Shown here one piece after another: positions 1-11,869 of a stretch of 64,000 nt of DNA. This stretch comes from Iphione sp. A-MEVVRFRX5. Its lineage: Eukaryota. The position numbers and the translations under genes were made by a program. The first letter of the stretch is position 1, and every line of letters starts with the position of its first letter. Under the pieces are notes generated by a model. The model was not told the origin of the DNA. It did no database searches and saw only the letters and a program-made list of their open reading frames with translations. The DNA lies in the NCBI GenBank assembly GCA_976226885.1, contig OZ320317.1, positions 79,112,001-79,176,000 on the forward strand, written 5' to 3'.

Positions 1-1881
1 TTGTATTTATAGCAAGGATTCCCCCCCCCCAATGTACGGAGGTTCCATTAATTCCTCAAAGGTAATCAGCAATTTTACCATAATACCATTTGGTTCCACG
101 GAATTCAACCTTTATTGGTATACGGTCTCTTCTAGCTTCTCATGTGCCATTATATATCAGGACACAAGATTATTTTCATTCCCTCTATGCGAAAAGGCTA
201 CCAAATACCATTGAAAGCTATTCCGAAATTTTATATATATATATATATATATGGATTTCGGTTATGCACAAATACAGCCAGGACTGTACTTGAATGGTAC
301 GTCAACACGTTGGTCAGTAGCAGTGAAGTGCCTTGATACAAAGGCTGACATTGTAATATCTTTTCACGTACATGTACGTAAAAATGTACTACCGAAACTG
401 CTTTACAAAATTACCATCAGGCCCTCAATATCCTGAGGGAGAGAGAAAGAACGATGCGGTCAGCAAAACTTTCACACACGTTATGTGCTGTTTCTGGTGT
501 TATTATGAAGTACCCAATGTGGTGGGGTTGGCTTCTGACCCAATCTCATATTAACCCGAGTTGGATATGGAGCACCCATTAACCCTGCATTATTTTCTCA
601 CTGCTTACGATAAGGGTCTCACATGAAGGCAACATCTCTGCCAACCAATCATGTTCTGGCCATGGAAAATGTTCGTCATTTAGATTGCCTCGTTTCTCCA
701 TCTTTTCCCTGGACCGGCCGGCCGAACTCATCAGGTTGGCTGGTTGATCGTCTTCGGTTTGGGATAAGTCCGTGGTATGTATTCTGAAAATCCCTGTGAT
801 AAGGATGCCTCATGTAATTCTTCGGCATTTGGCGCGGCAAACGAAACGCCAACAAAGCATCACTCACCCGATGTCTGTTGTCCTAGAAACATTTTTCGAA
901 GTGCTTCTCATTAGTATTACCATGGATATCTACACAAACCTCCCGACCTAGATGTACATTGACCTCCCACAAAGCCCCAGTTTGGTCACCCGGGATCACG
1001 TACTGTTTCCGGGAGTCATTTAAAGGAACATTGCCAGTTATTTGCTGTTGATCAAGTGTCCGCCGTGATGTAGTGACCAGGAGCTGAGTGTCTATATAGG
1101 GGACCCCCTGGGGAACCACCAGTGGTCTTGTGTGGTAGGGAGACAAATTAGCACTCAGAGGGGGCTTCGTCATGCTCAGACTGAGTCGATTGGCATCAGT
1201 TTTAGAGAAGTATGTCCTGTTTCTTGAGCATCACAATTCCAACCTGGGTAAAAACAATACTGCTTAGCTTATATGGCTGATATCGTCCGAAACCTGATTT
1301 ATGGGTGTTGGTTTGTGAGCTAATTTATTGTATGTTCTAGTCGACTGGTAATGTTAGAAAAAACGATACATACATGTGCATGTATGCATATGTATGTGTC
1401 TATATTGCACTATCGCCAGAAGGTTACAGCACGTAATTCTTTTCCAGTCGACGGAATGATCACTGAGGTATGATTTAAATGAAGTGAATTCATAACAAAC
1501 ACTTACCTTTAAAGTTAATAGGTTTTACGAATCTGTGAATAACCTCTTGACAATAGAGGCAACCGGCATATATCAAATGTATATTATACCCCAAGTCCGA
1601 GTGCTTTAACTGATTGTCTCGTTTAAAATGCCTTTCGTTTCTCACGACGGTTGAGACAAAAGCAACAGAGAGTAGTTTCTGCCAATATGAGAAAATAAGT
1701 CACTTGTTTGCCTATTTGCAACTCGTAAACATAGAAGCCGTTCGGCATGGTTTTCTCCTCGCACAAGACGGTTTTAGACTGGTGAGCTTGTGAAATCATA
1801 GCTTTGGTATTTGAGCTTCACACTTACGAAATGTGTGAAGTAATGAAGATACTTTGAAGTCATCGTCACGTTCATTTATAG

Positions 1882-2582
1882 CTCTTCAGTAAATGTGCAG
1901 GGTATATCAGCTTATCAGATTATGCCATTGTTGGCGAAGGCTCACAGTTCTCAATGTCTGATGGAAGTCTGCATTCCTTCGTTGATTCTCATCCGAGGTG
2001 TTTTGCCGTTCCACAGGGCTCAGTGCTCAGTTCAACACTTAACAGCATGATTTGTGACTCATGAGTTCTCTTTTGGAGACGTATTATTCTGTTTCCTAGC
2101 AACACACTTATTTACAAGATGCAACGTAGTGCTCTAGACGCTTCATAAATTGCAAACCCACAGAGTCTCAAAGAGTGAATATTACAGGATCCCTGGTTGT
2201 ATACCTCTAACTTTATTTTGATTTTTGGAATGTATAAGTATGTAATTGTGCAGCCAACACATTACAACTTTGAGGATCAAAACACCCTGGATGAGAAACC
2301 ACCGATCAATACAAATGGGAAACAGTAAAGTGAAAGTGAGTTTAGAAGCAGTTATTTCATTCGACATAGTTTATGCTCTATTCATGTGTGATTCAGTTAA
2401 TGACTATGGACAGCATAAATTCAACGTTTGACGATGATTCAATTTTATGCCTAACCTTTATTCTTACACCCCCGAATTGTAAAACGATTCCAAAGTAGTT
2501 CCAACGCTTCCAGAGAATGCTGAACATGTCCCTCGTTCGAGACAGCATTTTCATACCGATCTTGAATAACCAACACATGTTG
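1882..2582 (+). mobile_element. Decayed non-LTR retrotransposon (L2/CR1-like LINE) reverse-transcriptase relic with stops and frameshifts
   Basis: Frame from 1921 reads SQFSMSDGSLHS...FAVPQGSVLSSTLNSMICD (VPQGS at 2008-2022), resembling GVPQGSVLGPLLF.IYIND. After a stop (2062-2064) comes LFPSNTLIY (2089-2115) at the spacing expected for LFADDTLIY. Other frames then give IQMGNSKVKVSLEAVISFD (2309-2365) and QRFQRMLNMSLVRDSIFIPILNNQHML (2502-2582), which resemble the L2 C-terminal blocks I.IG.S.I..S..ARNLGVIFD and QKLQRVQN...HITP.L..LHWL. The motif order is colinear. The catalytic DD is lost. Matching was from memory, with no HMM search. Confidence 0.55.
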
Positions 2583-3592
2583 AATAGGGTTCTCAATGGG
2601 TGTTGGACATTATCTCTCAAACGTACTGTAAGTATAGTGGTCGACTACCTGATGAATATATATATATATAATTCAAAGTAGATTTTAATTCAAAATCTTG
2701 TGATGGGATTGCCTTCTTTATTATGATTGAGAGGAACGTCAGAAGCAATCTGCCATTACTCCTCAGCTGATAGTTTCCTCAGTATTCACTTTAATTCTGT
2801 TAAGTTTTGACATAAAATATGGGGCTCACAAACATATTAAGTCACCTATATATAAGTAACACATAACAACAGATCGGAGAGACAAGCTGGTGAACTTTAT
2901 TAAATAAGGTAGAAGTTTAAAGCGACGAGGAGAATGACGGACTAGACAATGGAATGAAGATGTCACAATATACACGGTAACTTAGCTACTTACATAGCAA
3001 CAGGTTATTGATGGCTTACATGCATATACCCACAAAAATATCCTATTTATCTGGTGACATATGTTCCATGTATAAATATCATTATTCAACTTTTGAGTAT
3101 ACGTGACCTTTCTCAGTAATTTTTAACAAAATTACTGAATGTCTTGATAATTGTTTCACTCCTGTGAATTTGTCTTCATAAGTTATGGGAGATTGATACG
3201 CAGCCTGTAGGCAAGAGTCAATGCGAAAAAATTATCAGTCCACATCTGATTGTAAACATCAACTGCAAATGTATTGCACCACTGTACCTCACTGCATTAT
3301 CAACGTTCTGTAAATCTGGGCCCGGGAGCTAAGAGTATTCAAGGCCCGTCTCCTCTCATTGTAATTTAAATGATCACTGTTACCTCTATAGTTTTGATTA
3401 TGATGTCTCTCCCAATATACCATGACATCCATTAAATTTTCATGAGCACCCCAAATGCTAATATTCCAGAGTGTATACTCATCTTGAACCTTTGTTTATA
3501 TTCTTCTCATCTGTATTAGATTGATTTGTAATAATTAGAACATGATATAGCCCCAACTATCAGTGTCTCGCTTTTTATTATAAAATGATTTT

Positions 3593-3680
3593 GTATGGAG
3601 TTAGCTTAGTTGGTAAGAGTGCTGGCTAGCACTAGTCCACTGATTGAGAGGTTGCAGGTTCAATCCTTGGCATGCCAACC
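3593..3680 (+). mobile_element. tRNA-derived SINE-like head or tRNA pseudogene
   Basis: Pol III A-box TAGCTTAGTTGG (3602-3613) and B-box GGTTCAATCC (3657-3666), followed by CCA and A-rich runs to about 3760. The acceptor and T stems pair imperfectly and the middle region is too long for a canonical tRNA. Confidence 0.6.
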
Positions 3681-4287
3681 TAGAGTAGACCACAACTCCT
3701 AAAAAAAGGCTATGGGTGTATAGGCTTCAGTCTCCTATGTACAAAAAGGCCAAAAAAAACTATTAGAAATAGAGTAGAGGGTAATGCCAGGTATTCTGGC
3801 CTCTGAATAAGTCAATGATAGAGGGTAGTATGCTACCCAAGGAGGATATGAAAGAACATGTAAAAAGCTGAATATGTAGTTCCTGGTTATATATATGGTG
3901 AAAAATGCATGAATGTGTATATGTGTGGATGGGTATTTCATATGAATGTGTCTTTGTATGAATGTGCCCATGTGTGAGTAAAGAGAGCAAAAGTGCGCAC
4001 TCGAAAATTGTTTGTGTACATTGTCTCTACAAGGTGGCCGTATGTGATGATGCATGCTCTGTTGGTGGTATTACACTGTTTATGTAAGCCCTATTGCTTG
4101 TGTACCTAATAATGAGCATCAAGAACACAGCTATCTCAATTAACCATCTTGAGGGAACTTGGTTCTATAAACTCATGACATCATTAAGATTGGATATCTG
4201 TCAATGCTTTGTTCTATGTGACAGTTTATGAATCAGGTTATGTCTCACATATTTGACAAACTTGTTTACTAAAGTAAGAGGTATTAT

Positions 4288-4346
4288 AAGTAAGGAGTTG
4301 TGCGTCTCTTGTGATTGAGAGTTCACAGGTTCAATGCTGGGCCTGG
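4288..4346 (+). mobile_element. Second, more decayed copy of the same SINE-like head
   Basis: TGATTGAGAGTTCACAGGTTCAATGCTGGGCCTGG aligns with TGATTGAGAGGTTGCAGGTTCAATCCTTGGCATGC of the 3593-3680 copy. The A-box is mostly lost. Confidence 0.4.
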
Positions 4347-4750
4347 AACTTTGGCCCTTTCCCCTTCTAAACACTCCTTCTTTTCTACTTTTTTTCTTGA
4401 TATACCTTCACCCTGTATTAATGTTGAGGTGATTGACCCTGACAGTTATTGCTAAAGAAACTAAGGTTGATCTTTGATAAGAATATTCATTTTCATTTCA
4501 TATGTATTTCATTGTATCTTTTACTATGAACTATATATTTATGTATCATATGACAGGGTTCTTCTATATTCTCCTTGGGTAGCATACTACCATCTTTCGT
4601 TGAGAGCTAAGAGACTAGGGGTTGTTTCCTACTCTAATTTCAAATAGGTTTCTAGGCTCTTTTTGTGCATAAAGAAAAAATCCTATACACCAATGGCCTT
4701 TTTACGAGCTGTGGACCACTCTGCATTTGGGGCTACAGTAAATCTTAAAC

Positions 4751-4948
4751 CAGGTGTTGGTATCCATCAAGGAAGTGGGTAGGAGAGCATTTTCGAGGGT
4801 GTCAGGACAAGGTTGCACTTCTCCCAGGTGTTGGTGCCTTCAAAGGAGTGGGTAGGAGAGCCTTTTCCAGGGTGTTGGGACAAAGTTGCACCTCTCCCAG
4901 GTGTTGGTGTCATCAAAGGCGTGGGTAGGAGAGCATTCTCCAGGGTGT
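4751..4948. repeat. Tandem repeat, 73-74 bp unit, about 2.7 copies
   Basis: Units start CAGGTGTTGGT at 4751, 4825 and 4898 and each contains GTGGGTAGGAGAGC. Fragments such as CAGGGGTTGTCCACTGT continue to about 5120. Confidence 0.9.
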
Positions 4949-6339
4949 GTGTCCACTGTAAACCCTGTGAAATCACTGTATGCGACTGTAAAATGGGTGT
5001 CCAGGGGTGGGTGTATGCTGTCAGTGAGGGTCTGCTGTATCTGGGCTGTTGTAAACGTTATTTACTGTTTTTGTCGGTGACTTTAGTCAAAGCGTCCATC
5101 GCAGGGGTTGTCCACTGTGTCCAGGTCTCCATTGCATTAATCCCGTCTCTATGTATTAGTAACTTTCTTCCTGGTCTCGTGATCAACATGTAAGGAGGCT
5201 GTGTTAACTGCATGCATAATATTCACGGATACTCTTACTTTCCACTTCCACAACGTCATTTAATAACAATGTTGTTATACTTTTCTAAGGCGACTTGTTT
5301 TTAACTTTGTTTAGATCAATTAGACTAATCTTCACGAATGATATTCTAGGGGTAAGTGACGTGACGCGTACTGCCCGGGGTAGGCGTCACTGAGTTTGAA
5401 ACAGGACGAAACAGAGTTGCTTAGCATGAAGCCAGGGAGTTCCTAAAACCTAATCCGACGTGGAAGTCGCCTATCACAGCCTGCCCTAAGACTTATGAAC
5501 TCAATGAGTCGGGAGCATGAACCGAGCCGAGCCACTCGCCTTCCACAGAGCTGCTCGGCCAGGCGGCAGCGACTCGTTTGGGTCGGCGAGTAGCTCCCAG
5601 GGTGATTTATTGACTCATTAAATGTCCGCACGATATGCAGGCTGGTCACCGACCCCAATGTCAACTCTTTCCGGGCAATGTGACCTGGTGGTTGCTGCCG
5701 CCTACCGAGGGCTTGTTGGAATTGCTCTCGGGGGCGCGACGTATGGTGTTATATACCGGGCCATGCAGCGGCGAGCAGCTCAACCCCTCCCGTGGGTTGT
5801 CTGCCGGCCGCACCCACTTATAACGGGCCTCTCTATACGGTCTTCTCCTGCCTCTGTTTATGTCTTCCACTCCAGAATGTAGAGACTAAAGGTGAGCATG
5901 ACTTTTCAATAAACATGTAGATGTATGTCCATCTCCCCGGGCTTGGTTCCATTACACTTAAGTATTCGTAAGTTCTTCCAAAGTTTTTTCTTCTTCTTTT
6001 TGTAAAGAACATGTTTTGTTAATAAGATATCCATGTAATGAATTACATTTAAGGCGAGATATGCAAGCTCGATGTCTGAATAACAGTATAAACATTTCAC
6101 TGAGTCGATTTAATAAGACATGGACAATTCGTTCACTATAGTTCATATATTTGTGATCTATACCGTCTAAAAAGAGAAGCATGGGAGCCATGGGAGTCAT
6201 TGAAAAACAAGTACATGTACGAATAATCAAGAAAGTCAGTCAGGGACGTGTGTCAGTTTTATGTAATTGCATTACTCTCTACGCAGGCGGCTAAAAGAGA
6301 AAGACATTTAAAAGCGTGGATCCGAAGAAAAGGGGAACA

Positions 6340-6830
6340 ATTTACTTTTGTCACCAATCGATAGCCGACGCCGTCAAGTTGTCCCTGCTGCCGCCGACCC
6401 CCCGCCCCCACCACCCGCCCCCACCCCCACCAGCCTTTGATCGGCGTTCGGGCGACTCAAAGATGCGCCCACCTGAACGCCCAGAAGCGGTGACTTGATC
6501 TGATTCCGGACGCCGATAGCGACCGACGACGACGACGACGATGACGAGGACGACGACGACAATCATGGCGGGCATTGCGCCCTGGCCCGGCCTAGGAGTC
6601 CGCGGCAGTGGGAGCGAGGAGAGGGGGGGGGGGGGAGCAAGGGTGGCTGGTGGGGTGCCGCGACAGGGCGGCTTCTCTCCGGGCCATTTCATTGGTTGTC
6701 ACGGTGGCGGTGCGCTAATCTGATTGGCTGCGTATCGACGGCCTGCGCGCGGCGGGGTTCCATATCCCGCTGATTGAATCGGTCGATGAGACACGGCCAG
6801 CGATCGGCGCGTGGCCTTATATAGTTACTG
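6340..6830. promoter_or_regulatory. CpG-island-like region with multiple CCAAT boxes and a TATA-like motif (putative promoter)
   Basis: CCAAT at 6354, ATTGG at 6691 and 6723 (32 bp apart), TTATATAG at 6817-6824. The region is CpG dense, with a C-tract at about 6400-6432 and G13 at 6623-6635. Confidence 0.4.
6525..6560. repeat. (GAC)n trinucleotide microsatellite, 12 units with 2 interruptions
   Basis: GACx5 GAT GAC GAG GACx4, read directly. Confidence 0.95.
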
Positions 6831-6921
6831 TGTCCACCCGACTGAGCCTGTCCCTCTAGGCGCGCCAAGAGTTAGTAAAAAAGAAAGGTCCTCTCTGCAT
6901 GGTCCACCCATTGAAGACCAC

Positions 6922-7113
6922 ATGGACGTTAAAATACTTCAAGATGTATCCAATTTCTCTGGGCTAATTGGCCGCCCCATTGTAACGAAAGAACTCCGAC
7001 GTGAATTATTGGAAAAAAATGATTTGGGAATTTCCAAAGGATTTGGAGCAGGAGAGTGTTATATGATGGCATACAATAACTGGACTAAAGGTGGCACAGT
7101 ATTCGCCCACTAG
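6922..7113 (+). CDS. Candidate small ORF or exon (63 aa), unknown product
   Basis: MDVKILQDVSNFSGLIGRPIVTKELRRELLEKNDLGISKGFGAGECYMMAYNNWTKGGTVFAH lies directly downstream of the CCAAT/TATA-like cluster. I recognise no family, and an out-of-frame ATG sits upstream at 6899. Confidence 0.15.
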   Translation: MDVKILQDVSNFSGLIGRPIVTKELRRELLEKNDLGISKGFGAGECYMMAYNNWTKGGTVFAH

Positions 7114-8151
7114 GACAGGTTAGAGGTGACCCTGCCTGCTCCAATAACCTATGATAGGAGATGTGTTCTCCAGTCTCCTTTCACTTCTCATTCCTCTGGG
7201 AAAGGCCCCGAAAAGACAGCAGCAGGGAGAGGCCAGAAATAGCAGGTCCCCGCACAGGTCACACTAGAGACGGTCAGGATAGATCAATAACTTTCTTATT
7301 AACGTATCACAGAAAGATATGTAAGTGCTTCCATCCAGTGCATTCATTCCGGTTAACGACCTTTCTTTTATGGTGATTTTCTGATTAATGTATCTGTTAG
7401 TCTAACTGTAATTGTTAGGATGGTATGGTTGTAACTTAATTATACCTTGCATGTATGAATTTGTCCGGGGTATGCTTTGCAATTGCATGTACATGTACAA
7501 AACGTGTCTTGAAGAAGTTATGAGAATTAAGTAAAATTAACACTAGGAGGCTATTGAAAGGTCATCTTCCGGGTAACACCTGAGAAGAGAAGTACGTTCT
7601 ACCCCTGACTACAGTTACACCATCGTCGTATTAAATCCTAGCTTGAACGATGTCTATACTGGGTGGAACACATATATTCTTATGTTCGTGATGCCATCAG
7701 TAGCGTAATAACTATCCTAACCACAAGCAGAGCGCTAGTAACATTTACATATTGCTGCCAAAGGAAACTTCCACGCCTTGTATTATCATAGCTCACGTCG
7801 GTATATTATTGTCATCATCCATTTATGTCTTTTTATCTTACAGCCGATCGACAAAAAGGCCTTTTTTTGGTTAATATGATTACATGAATATCTTTTCTTG
7901 TGTAGCGAGTTTCTTGAGCCTTTTGACGCCGCCCGAAGCCAGTATCAGATGGTGGCTTTAATTCTATCTGAAAGGCTATGACATAGCCAAGGATTACGAC
8001 TCAAAGTCAAAAACGGGATTTCATTTCTATCAGAGAGACAACAGGTATACCTTCATTGGCTTTATATGCAACGCTACCATTCCTGGAGATGGATACTGAG
8101 GACCTTAATTTGTCGGATGTGGAGAGCCAACAACAAAACCCATTTACATAT

Positions 8152-8361
8152 CAAAGGGGATCAACGCTAAATCAGCTGCAGCAATATATGGGGAAATAAA
8201 CTAATTTAAGTGCTGTTTACGGCGGACCAGCTGTACACAGTCTGTCCACACAATGTCCCATTACAAATAAGTAATGACCATTTTTAATCTCTTCAAAGAT
8301 GTTGACATTACGATCCCTCTTTTTTGCTAGTCTGTTGGTTAAGCTGAATCCATGTAAAACT
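8152..8361 (+). mobile_element. Possible second, very decayed L2-like RT relic
   Basis: QRGSTL (8152-8169, PQGS-like), TACGGCGGACCAGCTGTAC (8218-8236, YADDTQLY with a 1-bp insertion and 6-bp deletion) and KLNPCKT (8341-8361, LKLN..KT-like) occur in the expected order with roughly the expected spacing. Confidence 0.3.
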
Positions 8362-10099
8362 TTGGTATATCAGTCAGCATAGATTTAATTATTCGGAGCA
8401 TTTTCTTACAGAACAACGAGATGAGTTACAAGAAATACAAATGAAACAAGAAGTGAACATAACGCAATTAGGGACGGCTCAGAGAAGACGTGTTTTAAGC
8501 ATTTGATAAAGCTAGGCCAGGGCATGTATAAAGCTTGACTACAGAGAGTGATGAGACCAACTATTACGGAGGAACGTTATAACGGTATTTCCCGTGTAGT
8601 ACAATCTAGCAGATGAGCATCTAGTTACAATGATCTAGAGGTCTTTAGGTAACTTTGTCGCTGACATTAGCTCACTGGAGCCTATTAGGATAATACGTTG
8701 GTGTAAAGGCTAATTGTGAAAATGTATGCCACGATATTGCCTTAAGATATACCTTCCCTGCGGAGTCGGCTACAAGTTTAACGTCCCCTGATTCCCCCGA
8801 TGACTACCAGAGCGAACTTGGCACATTCCAACTAATAGGGTGAATTCTGGCAGTGCCGGGTCTCATTTCTGTAACTAGCAACGCCACTGAGCCCACAATA
8901 CTTGCACGCAACGTAGCAATGAATGCCAATCAGCAATTGTGAAGCACCGTTCGAGGAAATTTAAATAACTGTGGAGGGGAGTTCAGTAGATGAAGTCAGA
9001 CAAATAATTCAAGTTGGGCTCTCTATTCTGTCGGAGACGGACAATGGAGTCTTCCGTGATCGCATCTCCTATATGGATAGCGGAGCGTATGCTACCAACC
9101 TTACAGAAGATTGCAATCATCTAATTCGGTCCTGTTCATGGAGAAAATACAGGGCATCTGCTGTAAAGTATACTACCGTTAGCTTCTCACCATGACGACC
9201 ACACAGAGAGCCTGAAATGCCAACTAAATATATGGATCTCACCCTGTGATTCACCCCCTCGAGTAACCTCAATTAATGATGGACTTACGGAATGTGCCTT
9301 TTGCCACGGGTCAAGGGCCAAGGGTTACAAGCCAGGGTCACATCAGCTATAGCCTATTCAAATATATGTGCCTCTGGCATAGACCCAAATGTTGATCTCC
9401 GTTCCGCACACTATAGGCACCGACAGTGACTAGAAGTGAACTCTTAGTGCTTGGAAGTGTTGTTTGGAGATCAATGGTTTTTCCACAGTTTTCAAGATGG
9501 GAAGTTTTAGCTTCAGCCATATAATCATCCTCAGCCATCGACGTAGTCATAGGGACATCAGCCTGCCTAGAGGCACTCCTACTCTTCAGGCCGGTATCGT
9601 GATTTCTTCCTGCTCAAAAAGACGTGATTCCATCAACGTGAATTATTAACCGTTATTATTGCAATAAACGAGGATTCCACTTTGAAATCTGGCCTATATG
9701 ACTTGCATGTAATATCATTCTCAGAAAATCGTTTGCAAAAATCCTGATCTTTACCTAAGACTAACGCCACATTATCCCTGAAGTGGCAATAATAACAGAA
9801 GTTGTCCGGTTGCAATAACGTTTGAGGTCCCAGAGTTTTAAGATATATGGGGATCTTTCAGCCGTTAAAAGCTATCATCACATGGTCATAAGGCAAAGTC
9901 CTTGTTTTCCTGTTTAAGCTGATAGTGGTGTCCCCTGTGCTCAATTATGCAAGCCGACAGTTTGCAAACGACGTCTGAAATAATGGGTTTCCACAGAATC
10001 AGAATCATCTCAAGAAGACTGGCTGCTTTCGCCGGTCGATCGGGACCGAGAGCGGGAGCTGTCGACCATCCGTCATGCTTCTTCATCGGACGCTAGCTT

Positions 10100-11250
10100 T
10101 GAGGAAGAATGGTCGAGGCCAGCAGGAGGGAGGGAGGGAGGGAATGCGAAGGCCAGGAAGAGGGAAGGAAGAGGGAAAGAGCAGACTGAAGAGTAAGGCC
10201 CGGTATCCATACGTTGATGTGCATTGATATGCGGGAAGGGTGTGTGTGTGTTTCCAGTGTGTTTGTATGCATTTTTGGTTTCCCGCAGCCTCACGCACAG
10301 GGGTGTCCTTGTTGAGGCTGTGAGAGCATGCAGGAAATGAGAGGGAAAAGGACGAAAAAGGACAAATATGATGATAAAAGCTATGAAAATTCACGAAAAT
10401 GACAGGAAAATTGATGCATGACAGAAATGATGCTAAAAGCTGTGAAAATAGGCAAAATGATGAAAAGGGACAAATATGAGCCCAAAACTGTGAAAATCAG
10501 GGAATATGATGGGAAATAGTATGAAAAAGGACTGACATGTGTGTACATGTGTGCACATTGCCATAAATCATGTTGAAAGTGAAGGATTGTGAAGATTTGT
10601 GAAGAAATGTGAAGTAATAGCAGTGCACTGCTGTGCATTTGTGGCAAATTTACAGACTTGGTTCAAAAATGGGCAACGCATATCAACATACAGCAATGCA
10701 CATGGACAGCTCATGCATGTAAAGGAACCATCCCATTGAAATGAGTGTGATGGAAAAAACACACTGGAATGCACAGAATCATACACGGACACCACTAAAT
10801 GTAAGGAAACTGGGCCTAATGGCGTAGGAGAGAGTTAAAGGGAAGGGATGGAAGGCAGAACCGAAGCGGTAGGTAGAAGGAAGAAGAGGGTAAGGGAAAG
10901 GAGAAGGAAGAGGAGTTGGAAGAGGGTAAAATGGAACAGACGGAAGTGATACAGGGAGAAATCTTGTTTGAAACTTTTCTTTACTTCATTATGCACTTTG
11001 AGGGATCATAGATTCAAGCTATTTGAAGAATGAGTGGAAAGGAACAGCAGGTCGACGAGAAAGGAGATAGGAAGGACATGGAAGGAAGCCCACAAAAATG
11101 CATGGCAATGCGATAATTTGAAGACCAGAGACAGGAAGAGCGAACAAGGCAAAGAGGAAGGAATCACAGTAGCAAGGAACAGTAGAGCAAGAAGATTGTA
11201 TAAAGGAGCTTGGTGGGGGTAGGAATGGAAGGATGAGGAAAAGATTGGTG
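10100..11250 (+). repeat. Purine-rich strand-biased block with degenerate minisatellites
   Basis: GGAG/GGAA runs at 10120-10200 and 10870-10930. Repeated AAAAGCT(A/G)TGAAAAT and AAA(A/G)GGACAAATATGA at 10345-10510. GTGAAG at 10579, 10589, 10599 and 10609 (10-bp period). Confidence 0.75.
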
Positions 11251-11869
11251 TTAACTTCATCGGCGTTAATCTGTTGCTGAATTAAAAATGCTTCGGCCGA
11301 GTGGAGATTTGTCTCACTTTAGACCGATAATTAAAACTTTCCAAAATTGAGCGGCCAAGGTTGTCGTCCGAAACGGATAGCTTAGTTGAAAAAAAGTATG
11401 CACCCTTTTCCTCCCGCTATGAGTGATGTTCAGCTCTTTTGTCGGGTTCCCTTCATTCCCATGCATCTTGTGAAGTTGCATATTTGTGAGTACAGCCGTT
11501 GGCCCTGTGCTTGTTCTCCTCCGAAGTACCATCTGCTGGGTGAAGGTACAGCATTACTTCACGTAGCAAGGAAGGCAGTTGGCTCGCGTATATGTGCTGT
11601 ACAGCTTTAGAAACAATTCGCTGGGGAAGCGCAGCAATGCGTGTGTTATATTGAGATATGATGATTCTTCTAACTTGAGGCCCAGTCTCATCAAAAGGAA
11701 ATCATGCTGACTTAAGTCCAACTCCCAATCAATCATCCCGAAGAAGGCGAGGTGGGAGGGGGGAGGGAGCAAAAGTAGGAAAAAAAATCCACATCATCCA
11801 GTCGCAGACACACACATTCACAGACACAGGGAAAGAAATCCTATCAAGCAATAGGGAAGAAAAATTCAC

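Noticed and set aside
883-1173. Minus-strand ORF containing VVPQGVP, a possible RT PQG motif
   Set aside because: No SVL.P.LF continuation and no downstream ADD-like motif, so a chance match is likely.
1448-1467. 20-nt micro-exon candidate (TTCTTTTCCAG | ... GAG | GTATGA)
   Set aside because: Splice-like flanks this close arise by chance in 64 kb, and no partner exons were found.
3593-3680. Functional tRNA gene
   Set aside because: Broken acceptor stem, mismatched T stem and no canonical anticodon arm; treated as SINE-like.
6351-6723. Overlapping poly-Ser, poly-Val, poly-Thr and Pro/Gly-rich ORFs
   Set aside because: Products of the (GAC)n repeat and G/C tracts. The poly-Ser frame has a stop immediately upstream.
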